Below, one piece after another: positions 27,800 to 38,159 of a DNA stretch of 64,000 bases. This stretch comes from Candidatus Poribacteria bacterium (GTDB taxonomy: Bacteria; Poribacteria; WGA-4E; WGA-3G), in NCBI GenBank assembly GCA_963663765.2, contig CAXXUA010000005.1, positions 1,216,001 through 1,280,000 on the forward strand. Direction: 5' to 3'. The position numbers and the translations under genes are program-made. The notes below the pieces were generated by a model. That model was not told the origin of the DNA. It worked only from the letters and a program-made list of their open reading frames with translations, and did not search any database. Numbering within the stretch: position 1 is the first letter of the stretch; each line of letters opens with the position of its first letter.

Positions 27800-28906
27800 A
27801 TGAACACATTCGGTCACCTTTTTCGGATTACAACTTGGGGAGAATCGCACGGCGGAGCGGTCGGTGTAGTGATTGATGGATGTCCTCCACAGATTGACGT
27901 TGATAAAGACGCAATACAATTTGAACTCAATCGTCGGAGGCCGGGACAAAGTCATCTCACGACACCGCGGCAGGAAGAAGATGTCGTTGAAATACTCTCT
28001 GGCGTGTTTGAAGGTAAATCCCTCGGAACACCTATCTCCATGCTGGTGTGGAATAAGGACGCGCGCCCCGCTGCCTACGAACACCTGAAAGATCTATACC
28101 GTCCCTCGCACGCCGATTATACCTATCAGCAGAAATATGGGATACGCAACTGGCAGGGAGGTGGCAGGGCAAGTGCAAGAGAAACCATCGGACGCGTCGC
28201 TGCGGGGGCAATCGCAAAACAGATATTACACATACATAATAAAACGGAAACACTCGCCTATGTCAAACAAATTCATAAACTTGAAGCCACAGTGGATACA
28301 GATACGGTGACACTCCAGGATATTGAAGCAAGTCCAGTCCGATGCCCCGACCCAATCGTGAGTCCAAAAATGGCGGAACGTATCGATCAAGCACGACGCG
28401 ACCAAGACTCCCTCGGTGGCATCATAGAATCTGTTTGCCGTAACGTGCTAGTAGGTCTCGGTGAACCCGTTTTTGACAAGCTCAAAGCAGATTTAGCAAA
28501 GGCTATGATGTCTCTCCCCGCAACGATGGGATTCCAGATCGGGTCCGGATTCGGCGGTATCACGTTGACAGGTTCTGAACACAACGATGAATTCTACAAT
28601 AATTCCGGACAAATTCGCACCCGCACAAACAATTCTGGCGGCACACAGGGAGGTATTACAAACGGAGAAAATATCGTGTTCCAAGTCGCTTTCAAACCGA
28701 CAGCAACAATCGGGAAACCGCAACAGACTGTAGATAAAGATGGAAACGAGGTGACACTGCGAGCAAGCGGACGGCATGATCCGTGTGTGTTAGTCCGTGC
28801 TCCCGCTATTGTAGAAGCGATGGCAGCACTTGTACTAACAGACCATCTGCTTCGACACAAGGCAAAATCCTCAGAGATAAACCCATGGATGGACAAACAA
28901 TCATAA
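27800..28906 (+). CDS. aroC: chorismate synthase
   Basis: [35 protein letters not shown]. Confidence 0.97.
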   Translation: MNTFGHLFRITTWGESHGGAVGVVIDGCPPQIDVDKDAIQFELNRRRPGQSHLTTPRQEEDVVEILSGVFEGKSLGTPISMLVWNKDARPAAYEHLKDLYRPSHADYTYQQKYGIRNWQGGGRASARETIGRVAAGAIAKQILHIHNKTETLAYVKQIHKLEATVDTDTVTLQDIEASPVRCPDPIVSPKMAERIDQARRDQDSLGGIIESVCRNVLVGLGEPVFDKLKADLAKAMMSLPATMGFQIGSGFGGITLTGSEHNDEFYNNSGQIRTRTNNSGGTQGGITNGENIVFQVAFKPTATIGKPQQTVDKDGNEVTLRASGRHDPCVLVRAPAIVEAMAALVLTDHLLRHKAKSSEINPWMDKQS

Positions 28907-30273
28907 CAACACACGATGTTGATGAACTGTTTATCTCTACGGTTGTTCGGTTGATTCAACGGCGTGCCTTCCCAAATCTGCGTAACATCATCGCGAAATC
29001 GCATTCAGCAGACATCGCGCGATGGTTTCCGCGCCTACGGACTGAAGAAAAAAATAACCTATCCACACTTCTAATTGAAGAAAAACGGATGGGAGAGGTC
29101 TTAAGCGAACTAAACAGTTCAGAAATCAATGAGTTTGTTACAGAAACTGAAGCGGAGGCAGTGGCAAATGTCCTGCGAACTATGGAAGCAGACGATGTCA
29201 CACGCATACTCTCTGACTTACCAGAAGAAAAGAAAGATGAACTACTTACTTTCATTGAAGGAGAAAACTCTGAAGGCATAGAACATCTCCTTGAATACGA
29301 GGAGAAAACAGCCGGGGCAATTATGTCACCGAACTACTTCGCGTTACGTGAAGAAACTACTGCAGATGAAGCTACCGAGATGATTCGCGAACTCACTGAA
29401 GTAGAAATACCACCGATCACTTTCTATGTCTATGTCGTTAACGAAGAAAATAAACTTAAAGGTGTCCTATCATTACGGCAGTTGGTGCAAACAAAACCAG
29501 ATACACCGCTCAAAAACTTAATGACAACGAACCTTTATACTGTTCACACCGACATGCCACAAGAAACAGTTGCGCGGGCAGTGGCTCGTTACAACTTACT
29601 TGCTATTCCGGTCATCAATAGTATTGGACAACTGGTCGGTATTGTGACAATTGACGATGTTGTTGATGTTATTCGGGAAGAAAATACAGAAGATATGCTA
29701 AAGATGGCAGGCACTGGTGATTTGGATATCACATCACGTTCCATCTTTAGGAACACTCGAGCCCGATTACCGTGGCTACTTGCAAGTTTTGGAGGTGGTC
29801 TACTCGCTGTCTATGTCATTGGCATTTTTGAAGAGGAATTGAAAACAATTGCAGCTTTAGCCGCATTCATTCCCATAATCATGGGAATGGGAGGAAATAT
29901 CGGAACACAATCCTCTACCATCATTGTGCGAAGTATCGCAATCGGTGAGGTAGACATAAAGGACACATGGCGAGTACTATGGCGGGAATTTAGTACAGGC
30001 GCATTACTCGGAACAGTTTACGGTGTCTTGCTCGGTGGGATTGCATACCTCTTTCCTCAATTTCGAGAGTATGCGTGGAAATTGCCAGTTGTTGTGGCAC
30101 TTGCTATCTTCGTGAACATGATGATCGCAGCTACGGTAGGCACTATCATTCCGATGTTTTTCAAACGTGTCCGTATTGACCCCGCAGTTGCAACAGGACC
30201 TTTCGTTACAACCGCTATTGACGTCATTGGTATTTTTACATACTTCTTGTTAGCAAATATTTTCCTTTTTTAG
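28885..30273 (+). CDS. mgtE: magnesium transporter MgtE
   Basis: N-domain, CBS pair, [29 protein letters not shown]; start set at ATG 28885. Confidence 0.95.
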   Translation: MDGQTIITTHDVDELFISTVVRLIQRRAFPNLRNIIAKSHSADIARWFPRLRTEEKNNLSTLLIEEKRMGEVLSELNSSEINEFVTETEAEAVANVLRTMEADDVTRILSDLPEEKKDELLTFIEGENSEGIEHLLEYEEKTAGAIMSPNYFALREETTADEATEMIRELTEVEIPPITFYVYVVNEENKLKGVLSLRQLVQTKPDTPLKNLMTTNLYTVHTDMPQETVARAVARYNLLAIPVINSIGQLVGIVTIDDVVDVIREENTEDMLKMAGTGDLDITSRSIFRNTRARLPWLLASFGGGLLAVYVIGIFEEELKTIAALAAFIPIIMGMGGNIGTQSSTIIVRSIAIGEVDIKDTWRVLWREFSTGALLGTVYGVLLGGIAYLFPQFREYAWKLPVVVALAIFVNMMIAATVGTIIPMFFKRVRIDPAVATGPFVTTAIDVIGIFTYFLLANIFLF

Positions 30274-30285
30274 GTTTTAGAATAA

Positions 30286-30759
30286 ATGGCAACAGCAATA
30301 GAAATCAAAGGTATTGCACCTGACAAAACCATGAAAACTTGTGCAAGACAGATTATCGTGAGTTTTTACCGCGAGATGATGTCACACAAAACAGGTGCAA
30401 TTGAAGGAGCAGATATAGAATTTGTCCACGATATGCGTGTCGCTTCCCGAAGACTGCGTGCCGCAATGGACAATTTTGCAGATTGTTTTCAAAAAGAACC
30501 TTTCAAAAAACACTATAAACAGATAAGAACTATTACACGGACAATGGGCACTGTACGTGATCTTGATGTTCTCATCGCTCGTTTTCAAAATGAGTCACAG
30601 ACACTAACAGAAACAGAACAAGTTGATATTCAAGGATTGATTGAACACCTGCAACAGCAACGAAATGAAGCACGACAACCGATGTTAGCATTGTTTACTG
30701 AACTTGATGCAAGCGATTTTGAAATAGAATTCTTGACATTCTTTAAGGTTCATGAATGA
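30286..30759 (+). CDS. half-CHAD protein (N-lobe type)
   Basis: VHDMRVASRRLR and LG-like MGTVRDLDV motifs. Confidence 0.85.
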   Translation: MATAIEIKGIAPDKTMKTCARQIIVSFYREMMSHKTGAIEGADIEFVHDMRVASRRLRAAMDNFADCFQKEPFKKHYKQIRTITRTMGTVRDLDVLIARFQNESQTLTETEQVDIQGLIEHLQQQRNEARQPMLALFTELDASDFEIEFLTFFKVHE

Positions 30760-31225
30760 AATGGCAAAACCGAAAAAAATCACGGGACTCAAGCCGAACG
30801 GTAGTTTTCATGAAAATGCCCATATAATTCTACCGCAAAAGGTTCAAGAGGTATACAGTTGGGAACAGTTTATCAGAGACCCCACGCACCGTGAAGAATT
30901 ACACAATATGCGGCTTGCGGTTAAAAGACTTCGGTACACTATGGAATTTTTCGTGATCAACTATGACAAACAATTCCACGATTTTCTTGAAACTATTATT
31001 GACTTGCAAGATATACTCGGTGACATTCATGATAACGATGTAGTGTTAGATACTCTAACTGTGTACAAAGAAAACCATGAAACTTCCGCTTTGTCCGGAA
31101 TTGAAACACTAATCGCACGCATCTGCAAAAATCGTAACGAAGATTATCAAACATTTCTCAAAAAATGGGAACAACTTTCAGAAGATAACTTCAAGCAGAA
31201 ATTACTTAAAATAATTGCGTCATAA
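30752..31225 (+). CDS. half-CHAD protein (C-lobe type)
   Basis: LHNMRLAVKRLRYTMEFF and LQDILGDIHD motifs; start at 30752 or 30761. Confidence 0.85.
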   Translation: MNEMAKPKKITGLKPNGSFHENAHIILPQKVQEVYSWEQFIRDPTHREELHNMRLAVKRLRYTMEFFVINYDKQFHDFLETIIDLQDILGDIHDNDVVLDTLTVYKENHETSALSGIETLIARICKNRNEDYQTFLKKWEQLSEDNFKQKLLKIIAS

Positions 31226-31262
31226 AAAAAATCAAATATAAAAGAGAATTGGAAATACTAAA

Positions 31263-32342
31263 ATGAAACAGATAAATAAAAACACAATAGTCAACCTGTC
31301 AATACAAACGAGTATTTACTTAAGTATGTCACTTCTCCTAATCAGTTGCGGTTTTTTAGGTGGAAATAGTCAACCCGATATTGATACTATCTCCGACCAG
31401 TCACTTTATGTCGGTGAAGAAAAGCAGGTGGAATTCAACATCATTGATGATGATGCAAATGACAAACATGCTATCAAAGCCACTTCAGACAATACAAATG
31501 TTGCAATTGTCACAGTGAAGAGTACATCTCTGATTACTATCTTAGGTACAGCACCAGGAACAGCGACTATCACATTACTCGCCAGAGACAATAGTCAAGA
31601 AGATAACGCAGAATCAATGCCAATGGTGTTTGAGGTTGCCGTTAGTAAACCCTCACCTACTGTGGCTGAAGAATTAACTTTGGAAGCTCACTTTTTAGTT
31701 TCTATTAGTGAAATCATGTATGCTGCAGAAGAAAGATTCACGCCACCACAATGGATAGAATTGCATAATGACAGCACACAGACAATTAGTCTCAATGGGT
31801 GGACAGTGACGATACAGAATCAAAACACACCAGATTTGACCGAACCGGAGAATGTGAATGTTGAGTTCACCTTTCAAGATGATTTCTGGGGTGATGCACC
31901 TTTGTTACTTCCGAATGAAACTGTTTTAATAGTTACAAACGAAGCTTATGGACGCGAGAACTCTACCGACCTTTCTGAAAACCAGATCTACGACCTCAGA
32001 TGGCGGACAGATTTACGCTTTGGCTTATGGGACACAATGTTGAGCGTAGAAGCGTTTTCCATAAAACTGGTTGATAATAGAGGCATTCTGATAGACGAGG
32101 TAGGTAATTATAATGGAAACAGCCGGCAATGGCAATTTAATCTCGAATACAGAGGTATGACAAGAGATGGAAACCGATGTTCTGTTCTTCGTCAATATAT
32201 CAATGGAGTTGCACTTGATGGCACACAAAAAAACAGTTGGATTCCTGCAGTAATTGCAAATCTAAACCAGAATCAACTGACATATTATGGAGATGATAAC
32301 GATATAGGTTCACCCGGTATCCCACCAGATACATACCAGTAG
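31263..32342 (+). CDS. lipoprotein with Ig-like and lamin-tail-like domains
   Basis: Lipobox LLISC; SDNTNVA..GTATITL Ig-like segment; ISEIMY..QWIELHN..LNGW..GSPG. Confidence 0.75.
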   Translation: MKQINKNTIVNLSIQTSIYLSMSLLLISCGFLGGNSQPDIDTISDQSLYVGEEKQVEFNIIDDDANDKHAIKATSDNTNVAIVTVKSTSLITILGTAPGTATITLLARDNSQEDNAESMPMVFEVAVSKPSPTVAEELTLEAHFLVSISEIMYAAEERFTPPQWIELHNDSTQTISLNGWTVTIQNQNTPDLTEPENVNVEFTFQDDFWGDAPLLLPNETVLIVTNEAYGRENSTDLSENQIYDLRWRTDLRFGLWDTMLSVEAFSIKLVDNRGILIDEVGNYNGNSRQWQFNLEYRGMTRDGNRCSVLRQYINGVALDGTQKNSWIPAVIANLNQNQLTYYGDDNDIGSPGIPPDTYQ

Positions 32343-32454
32343 ATAATTTTAGTGTTTCCTCGTCCCAATTTTAAGTTAAACTGTAGGTTGTTTTGTAAAA
32401 ACACAATTAATAATGTAAAGTCAATCGAAACATCTGTTAATAAAGGAAATAGAA

Positions 32455-33429
32455 ATGAGCACGAATGTTGTCGGAGTAGACATGGGCGGCACCAAAATAC
32501 TCTCAGCCGTTGTTGATGGTGAAGGCAGAATACTTGGAACATCCAAAATTCCTACAAACGCGAAAAGCAATACAAACATCGTTATTGATAGAATCGTTGA
32601 TTGCATCCACATGGCTATTGATGAATCCCAAGCTGACACAGACTCAATCAAGGCGATCGGAATTGGAGCTCCTGCGGTGCTTGACCCAGATACAGGTGTT
32701 GTCATCTTTGCACCAAACCTTGGCTGGAAAAACGTGCCACTCAAATCAGAACTTGAAGCACGCATCAACATTCCAACTTTCGTCGACAACGATGTAAACG
32801 TAGGAACACTCGGTGAACACACATTTGGCGCAGGACAAAACGTCCAGAATTTGGTCGGTATTTTTGTCGGCACAGGTATCGGTGGCGGTATCATTCTAAA
32901 CGGACAACTTTTCCACGGGGCAAGCAAAACAGCAGGTGAAATCGGACATATCATCGTAAAAGCAGACGGCCCCAAATGTGGATGTGGAAGACGGGGTTGT
33001 TTAGAAGCACTTGCAAGCCGAACTGCTATGACAAAACAATTGCAAAAAGCAATACAGAAAAAAAAGAAAAAGAGTATTCTCACAGAACTTACTAATGGCG
33101 ATCTTGAGTTAATTCGTAGTGGAACTTTAGCTAAAGCACTTCGTAGCAAAGATAAACTCACACTAAAAGTATTCAAAGATGTCACAAAGTATCTTGGGGT
33201 CGGTATCGGTTCTATCGCGAATTTCTTAAATCCAGAAATGATTGTGTTAGGTGGCGGCGTTGTTGAAGCTCTTGATAATAAATTTATTAAAAATATCCAA
33301 AAAGCTGCCAAGAAATACGCACTACCCGACACCTTAAAAAATGTCCAAATTGTAAGTGCACAACTGGGAGATAATGCTGGTGTACTTGGTGCAGCAGCAC
33401 TCGCAAGACAAAGACTCAATGCGAGATAG
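32455..33429 (+). CDS. ROK family sugar kinase (glucokinase-like)
   Basis: GVDMGGTK, DNDVN, GTGIGGG, GEIGH, CGCGRRGCLE, no HTH. Confidence 0.92.
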   Translation: MSTNVVGVDMGGTKILSAVVDGEGRILGTSKIPTNAKSNTNIVIDRIVDCIHMAIDESQADTDSIKAIGIGAPAVLDPDTGVVIFAPNLGWKNVPLKSELEARINIPTFVDNDVNVGTLGEHTFGAGQNVQNLVGIFVGTGIGGGIILNGQLFHGASKTAGEIGHIIVKADGPKCGCGRRGCLEALASRTAMTKQLQKAIQKKKKKSILTELTNGDLELIRSGTLAKALRSKDKLTLKVFKDVTKYLGVGIGSIANFLNPEMIVLGGGVVEALDNKFIKNIQKAAKKYALPDTLKNVQIVSAQLGDNAGVLGAAALARQRLNAR

Positions 33430-33434
33430 TCTGT

Positions 33435-33537
33435 TATGGTAAATCTTGAGAATAATTAGACACTTTCGTTCCACGGTAGGGGCGGTTTCCTAACCGCAGC
33501 AGGGCAGACTGTATAATTAATAAAATAATTTACCATA
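33435..33537. mobile_element. MITE-like family G carrying a REP
   Basis: TATGGTAAAT ... ATTTACCATA ends (TA-bounded) around CGGTAGGGGCGGTTTCCTAACCGC. Confidence 0.65.
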
Positions 33538-33579
33538 GTTTGTATAATGAAGACTGAATAATTAGGGGAGGACGGTACC

Positions 33580-35259
33580 ATGTTAGTTGATGATAATAGA
33601 GAAGAACATCGGATGATGATTTTTAGCAACGATAGCAGCCTCGTACAAGACCGACTAATCGTTAACAACAAAACTAACGAATGTGGAATCCTTGCGCAGA
33701 AAGTGCATGAAGACTCCTATACCGTAACCCTATATGCATTACTGAAAGATTACGGCCTCACACCCGTTTTTCGCATCAAACCGCGCATCCGCTTCCACCG
33801 CTCTAACTACGACAATCTTTCATCAAGTGCACCGCTCCAATATAGCCTCAACGATATTATCCATTTCGCAGAACTCAAGCGCGGAACAGTTTTAATGGAG
33901 AAAATTGACGATACGAAGTTAGCAGAAATACTCGGAGACGCACCTACCCTCGTAGGAATGACTGATGATCCCGCTTTGCAGCTCGTTTCACAACGTGATG
34001 TCTCTCTCCGCAACCCACCTTTCAAAACGAAAACAAAAGTTTTTGGTAAAAGCCAAGACGAAGGCGTGGAGGAAGCAGGCATACCCATCGGGTCATTCCT
34101 TGATGCACTCAATCAACCGCAACGGACTGAGCAAATATTCAGAAAATATTCACGTGGAAGCGAGTTTGCTCGTGACTTGCGAAAGGCTTTAGAATGCTAC
34201 GAAAGCTACGAATTCCAATTCGGTCTTTATTCCAGATATGAACGCCGAGACTGTGTCTTAGCAGGTGGCGATACGGAAACCAGCGGATACTACAGAGCAA
34301 CCTTTGACCCATGGACCGCACTCGGATACATCCGCACCAGCGATAATAAACAGCAATTTCAAATCTTAGCACATGAACGCGGCACCCGATGGGAGCACAA
34401 AGTGATGTTGGAAAAACTTGATGCTACAACATTGAAACGACTCTCTACTGAAATCCCTATACTCCGAAGTAAATACCTCATCGGACGCGTCTTATCCAAG
34501 AGTCAAACAGCATTAACACGTTTGGCACAACTCCGTAAATCACAACTCAACTTGACAACCGATTTAGACACAGGATATACGTTACATTTAGAGATACCTA
34601 TTCCTGAAAAACGCTTCTCAGTGATAGACCATCGTAAAAAATTACGAGCCTTGTTTAATAGCAAAGGAGATTACCGACTGCATCCTCTCAATGGAGAATT
34701 TGTTGAACAACATCTGAACTTAGCAAAAGGTATCCGAGACGGTGTCGTATGGACACTTGACAATGTTGACCTGCTATCAGGACATCCGCCATTTACCGAT
34801 AAGGACGAGGAATTCCAGATTACAAAAACGCTGTATCAAAACAGATTTGTTGTGCGATCCGCAGCCGAACTCCGCGAACGACTCCCTACAAATGGATTTG
34901 AGAAGTGCTGGAACGAATCCATTGACGAAGGAGGTTATACAATACTTAGCCACACAACTGGCAGAGTCTATGCTGTGAATTATAGTCGGAAGATAACCGG
35001 TAATATCCAAAAAGGCGAAATTAAGAAAGACGAGGCAACACACTATTTCTCCATAAAATACTTAGGAATAGACCCCTCGCACGCAGAAATTTCACACTAT
35101 GAGGTACCAGCGGAAGCACAACGCAGTTTCTTTGACAAACTTTTCCGACGAGAACCTATCCCGCCTTTCTATAGCCAACTGATGCAAACCGAAAAACAGG
35201 TCATCAACGAAATAAAATCACTCGCACGCTACTGCAAAGACAAGTTGAAGATTTCATAA
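33580..35259 (+). CDS. hypothetical soluble protein
   Basis: 559-aa ORF with GGAGG RBS; no recognised motif. Confidence 0.8.
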   Translation: MLVDDNREEHRMMIFSNDSSLVQDRLIVNNKTNECGILAQKVHEDSYTVTLYALLKDYGLTPVFRIKPRIRFHRSNYDNLSSSAPLQYSLNDIIHFAELKRGTVLMEKIDDTKLAEILGDAPTLVGMTDDPALQLVSQRDVSLRNPPFKTKTKVFGKSQDEGVEEAGIPIGSFLDALNQPQRTEQIFRKYSRGSEFARDLRKALECYESYEFQFGLYSRYERRDCVLAGGDTETSGYYRATFDPWTALGYIRTSDNKQQFQILAHERGTRWEHKVMLEKLDATTLKRLSTEIPILRSKYLIGRVLSKSQTALTRLAQLRKSQLNLTTDLDTGYTLHLEIPIPEKRFSVIDHRKKLRALFNSKGDYRLHPLNGEFVEQHLNLAKGIRDGVVWTLDNVDLLSGHPPFTDKDEEFQITKTLYQNRFVVRSAAELRERLPTNGFEKCWNESIDEGGYTILSHTTGRVYAVNYSRKITGNIQKGEIKKDEATHYFSIKYLGIDPSHAEISHYEVPAEAQRSFFDKLFRREPIPPFYSQLMQTEKQVINEIKSLARYCKDKLKIS

Positions 35260-35314
35260 ACATAAAGTATGTTGCAATTAAAATATTAAAAATCAAATAA
35301 GGAAGTGAAAACTC

Positions 35315-36499
35315 ATGATACGATATCTTGAAGTTAAGGGACTTAATAATAAACTTAGCCAATCATTTGAGTTCAATGAGGATTTGAACATCATTACTGG
35401 AGCTAACGGTTCAGGCAAGACGACATTGCTAAAGTTAATATGGTACCTTATCAGCGGACATTTTGAGCAAATTCTGTCTGAAATTCCGTTTTCTTCCCTT
35501 TCAATTGAAACCGATACGTTTTCTTTGACTATGGTACAAAAAAAGACTGACGAAATTGAACTAACCTCGGAGTTTACTGACAAAAAACCGGTCCCAAAAA
35601 CTATAAATATAGATCCAAAAACTAAAGTGATTGACCGAAAGAATATAGATGAGGTGAATGAACTTGAGAAGAAAATTGCTCAAACAACAAAGAGTAGTCT
35701 ATTTTTTCCAACGTTTAGAAGAATTGAAGGTGGCTTTTCTAACGATCCAAGAGATATAGAGGATTCAGTTGGAAAATTGCTTCCAGTATCAGTGCCAGAA
35801 ATGCTTCAGATTTCAATGTTCCGGTTTTCATCTGAGGTGTCAGTCAATGGACACAAATTCATCGCTTCGATTTCAACAGAAGATATAAGCGAACTGCTAA
35901 CACAAAAATACGCGGATATTTATGAGGAAATCAGCAACCTTCAGTCGCGGGTATTGGAGGAAATTTCGCAAAAGATACAAGAAACTTCGGATAGAGAAAA
36001 AGAGGTTGGAACTTCTCAAGATGCTCCTACAGTTCTTGATGTCATCCAGCAAGTTAATGAGGAACGAAATCAACTTAGTATGCCATTTTCAGTGTTATCC
36101 GAGTTGACTAGGAAAATTCTACAATATAATGCAATTCGTGTTACCGGACGGGTTGTTCATGGAGAAACGAGTGACGGAATTACTTTAGGGGAAGGGAAAG
36201 ATGGAATTACAGTTGGGAAGGCGAAGAACGCTATCTTTTCTGATAAACTTTCTGCCGGTGAAAAGCAGATGCTTAGTTTTTTGTGTTACAATGCCTTTAG
36301 TAAAAACACGGCGATTTTTATTGATGAACCAGAGCTAAGTCTCCACGTAGATTGGCAGAGTCTCCTCTTACCTACTCTGCTTGAACAGTCAACAGGCAAT
36401 CAATGTTTTGTTGCGACCCATTCACCATTCATCTACACCTTGTACCCGGACAAAGAATTTTTGTTAGGTGATACTCGGGGATATCAAGGAGAAACTTAA
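35315..36499 (+). CDS. ABC-type ATPase (AAA_15/AAA_21; AriA-like)
   Basis: Walker A GANGSGKT, signature LSAGEKQ, Walker B IFIDEPE, H-loop ATHSP. Confidence 0.9.
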   Translation: MIRYLEVKGLNNKLSQSFEFNEDLNIITGANGSGKTTLLKLIWYLISGHFEQILSEIPFSSLSIETDTFSLTMVQKKTDEIELTSEFTDKKPVPKTINIDPKTKVIDRKNIDEVNELEKKIAQTTKSSLFFPTFRRIEGGFSNDPRDIEDSVGKLLPVSVPEMLQISMFRFSSEVSVNGHKFIASISTEDISELLTQKYADIYEEISNLQSRVLEEISQKIQETSDREKEVGTSQDAPTVLDVIQQVNEERNQLSMPFSVLSELTRKILQYNAIRVTGRVVHGETSDGITLGEGKDGITVGKAKNAIFSDKLSAGEKQMLSFLCYNAFSKNTAIFIDEPELSLHVDWQSLLLPTLLEQSTGNQCFVATHSPFIYTLYPDKEFLLGDTRGYQGET

Positions 36500-37269
36500 T
36501 GCCAACACCGAATCCAATGACGGTAGACCGCTTAGTCGGTGTTTTGCGAAGTTCTCACAAACCGAATATTGTGGTTGAAGGAAATGACGACGTGATCATC
36601 TATCGGGAATTAACTAAGAGAATTGGAATCCTTGAAGTAATTTTGCGTCCCTCTGGAGGAAGGGATAATTTACTACAAGTCTATGAGCGAAGAAATGAAT
36701 TTGGTCACATACCCGTCGCTTTTATCGCGGATCAGGATATGTGGTTGTTTTCTGGTATTGAACAAAGTTACGAAGATGTAATTTGGACAAGCGGGTACAG
36801 TATTGAAAACGACTTGTATTCAGATGCTGATTTGGAACGTTTGTTAGATGAAAACGAAACAGCGGAACATCAACAAATTCTGGATTCTATCAGCATCTGG
36901 TTTGCATTTGCAGTTGAGGAATATTTAGCAGGAAATTCTCCAACACTTGATCTGCATTGTGACGAAATGATCCCACCTGGTAAAACTGAATTGGACGCGG
37001 GTTTTTGTACGCGTCAAAGTTTTAGCACTCCTAATCCAAATCGTGTTCAACAAATCAGATCCGCCTACAAACTTCTACTTAGGGGAAAACAGCTTTTCCA
37101 GTTACTGGTTCGTTTTCTGAGCAAACCTGCCCACGGTTTTGAAAAGGCAAATCTTAACGATTATGCACTTTACAACTTGGTACTTAGGATGCCTGAAGCA
37201 CACACTTTGTTGGACAGATTAATGGAAAAAGTAAAACGCAAAATTGCAGCATATAACCCAACTCCCTAA
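36499..37269 (+). CDS. DUF4435 TOPRIM-like nuclease (AriB-like)
   Basis: VVEGNDD, GGRDNLL, IADQD, GYSIEN; TAATG overlap with the ATPase. Confidence 0.8.
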   Translation: MPTPNPMTVDRLVGVLRSSHKPNIVVEGNDDVIIYRELTKRIGILEVILRPSGGRDNLLQVYERRNEFGHIPVAFIADQDMWLFSGIEQSYEDVIWTSGYSIENDLYSDADLERLLDENETAEHQQILDSISIWFAFAVEEYLAGNSPTLDLHCDEMIPPGKTELDAGFCTRQSFSTPNPNRVQQIRSAYKLLLRGKQLFQLLVRFLSKPAHGFEKANLNDYALYNLVLRMPEAHTLLDRLMEKVKRKIAAYNPTP

Positions 37270-37308
37270 GCCCTAATTATATCCAAACAGAAGGAATGCT
37301 GATAACAG

Positions 37309-38136
37309 ATGCAAAACCGCAGAAAAGTCCTAATCACAGGAGCAGCAGGCAAAATTGCTGGTAGAATGCTGCCCCCATTCCGCGAACGATACGATCTTGT
37401 CCTACTCGACATAAAAACGAAAAACCGGGATGGAGAGGAAGTTGAAGGTATTCATGTTGTCGACCTGAGCAACCCTGACCGCGACCTATACAAACACTAT
37501 TTTGAAGGTGTTGACGCAGTTGTCCATTGTGCATGGAAACCCGGTGCATTTGAAAGTGAACTCAGCAACATTCAGATGGCATTCAATATATACCACACCT
37601 GCTGGGAAACGGATGTACGACGTGTCGTTGTCTGCAGTTCTAATCACGCAGCAGACTTCTACGAACGTCTCATCTGGACAGGTAAATGGGATTTCGTAAC
37701 ACCAGATATGCGTCCATTATCAGATAACTTCTACGGATGGGCAAAAGAAGCGTATGAACATCTCGGTTTTGTTTTTGCAACAGGACATAGGAAAAACAAA
37801 AAACTACAGAACATCCAAATACGAATCGGCGCACCGCGCGAAACAGATATGAACGACATCACAGCAGACAATTACCACAAAATGCACCGCGCACTTGGCG
37901 CATATTTGAGTGTTCGAGATCAGGTACAACTCTTTATCAAGAGCATTGAAACAGAGAATATAGAGGACGAAAATGGCATCCCATTCCAAATATTCTATGG
38001 TATCAGCGACAATTCCCATAAGTTTTGGAGTATCACCAACGCACGAAAAGTGATAGGGTATGCCCCAGAGGACAACAGCTCTTACCGTTTCGCACAACGC
38101 ATAGCTGAAATACTCAAACAGAGAGAAGAAAAATAA
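37309..38136 (+). CDS. NAD-dependent epimerase/dehydrogenase (uronate dehydrogenase-like SDR)
   Basis: VLITGAAGKIA, SSNHA, YGWAK (YxxxK), IRIG. Confidence 0.85.
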   Translation: MQNRRKVLITGAAGKIAGRMLPPFRERYDLVLLDIKTKNRDGEEVEGIHVVDLSNPDRDLYKHYFEGVDAVVHCAWKPGAFESELSNIQMAFNIYHTCWETDVRRVVVCSSNHAADFYERLIWTGKWDFVTPDMRPLSDNFYGWAKEAYEHLGFVFATGHRKNKKLQNIQIRIGAPRETDMNDITADNYHKMHRALGAYLSVRDQVQLFIKSIETENIEDENGIPFQIFYGISDNSHKFWSITNARKVIGYAPEDNSSYRFAQRIAEILKQREEK

Positions 38137-38159
38137 TCTAAATAGAAATATTTCCCACT

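Noticed and set aside
28783-28884. Longer mgtE start
   Set aside because: Deep overlap with aroC and a non-MgtE-like sequence
30286-31225. Frameshifted CHAD pseudogene
   Set aside because: Both ORFs have parallel N-terminal leaders, equal length and a coupled stop/start; kept as two genes pending read check
32421-33419. 332-aa minus-strand ORF
   Set aside because: Antisense shadow of the ROK kinase with no motifs
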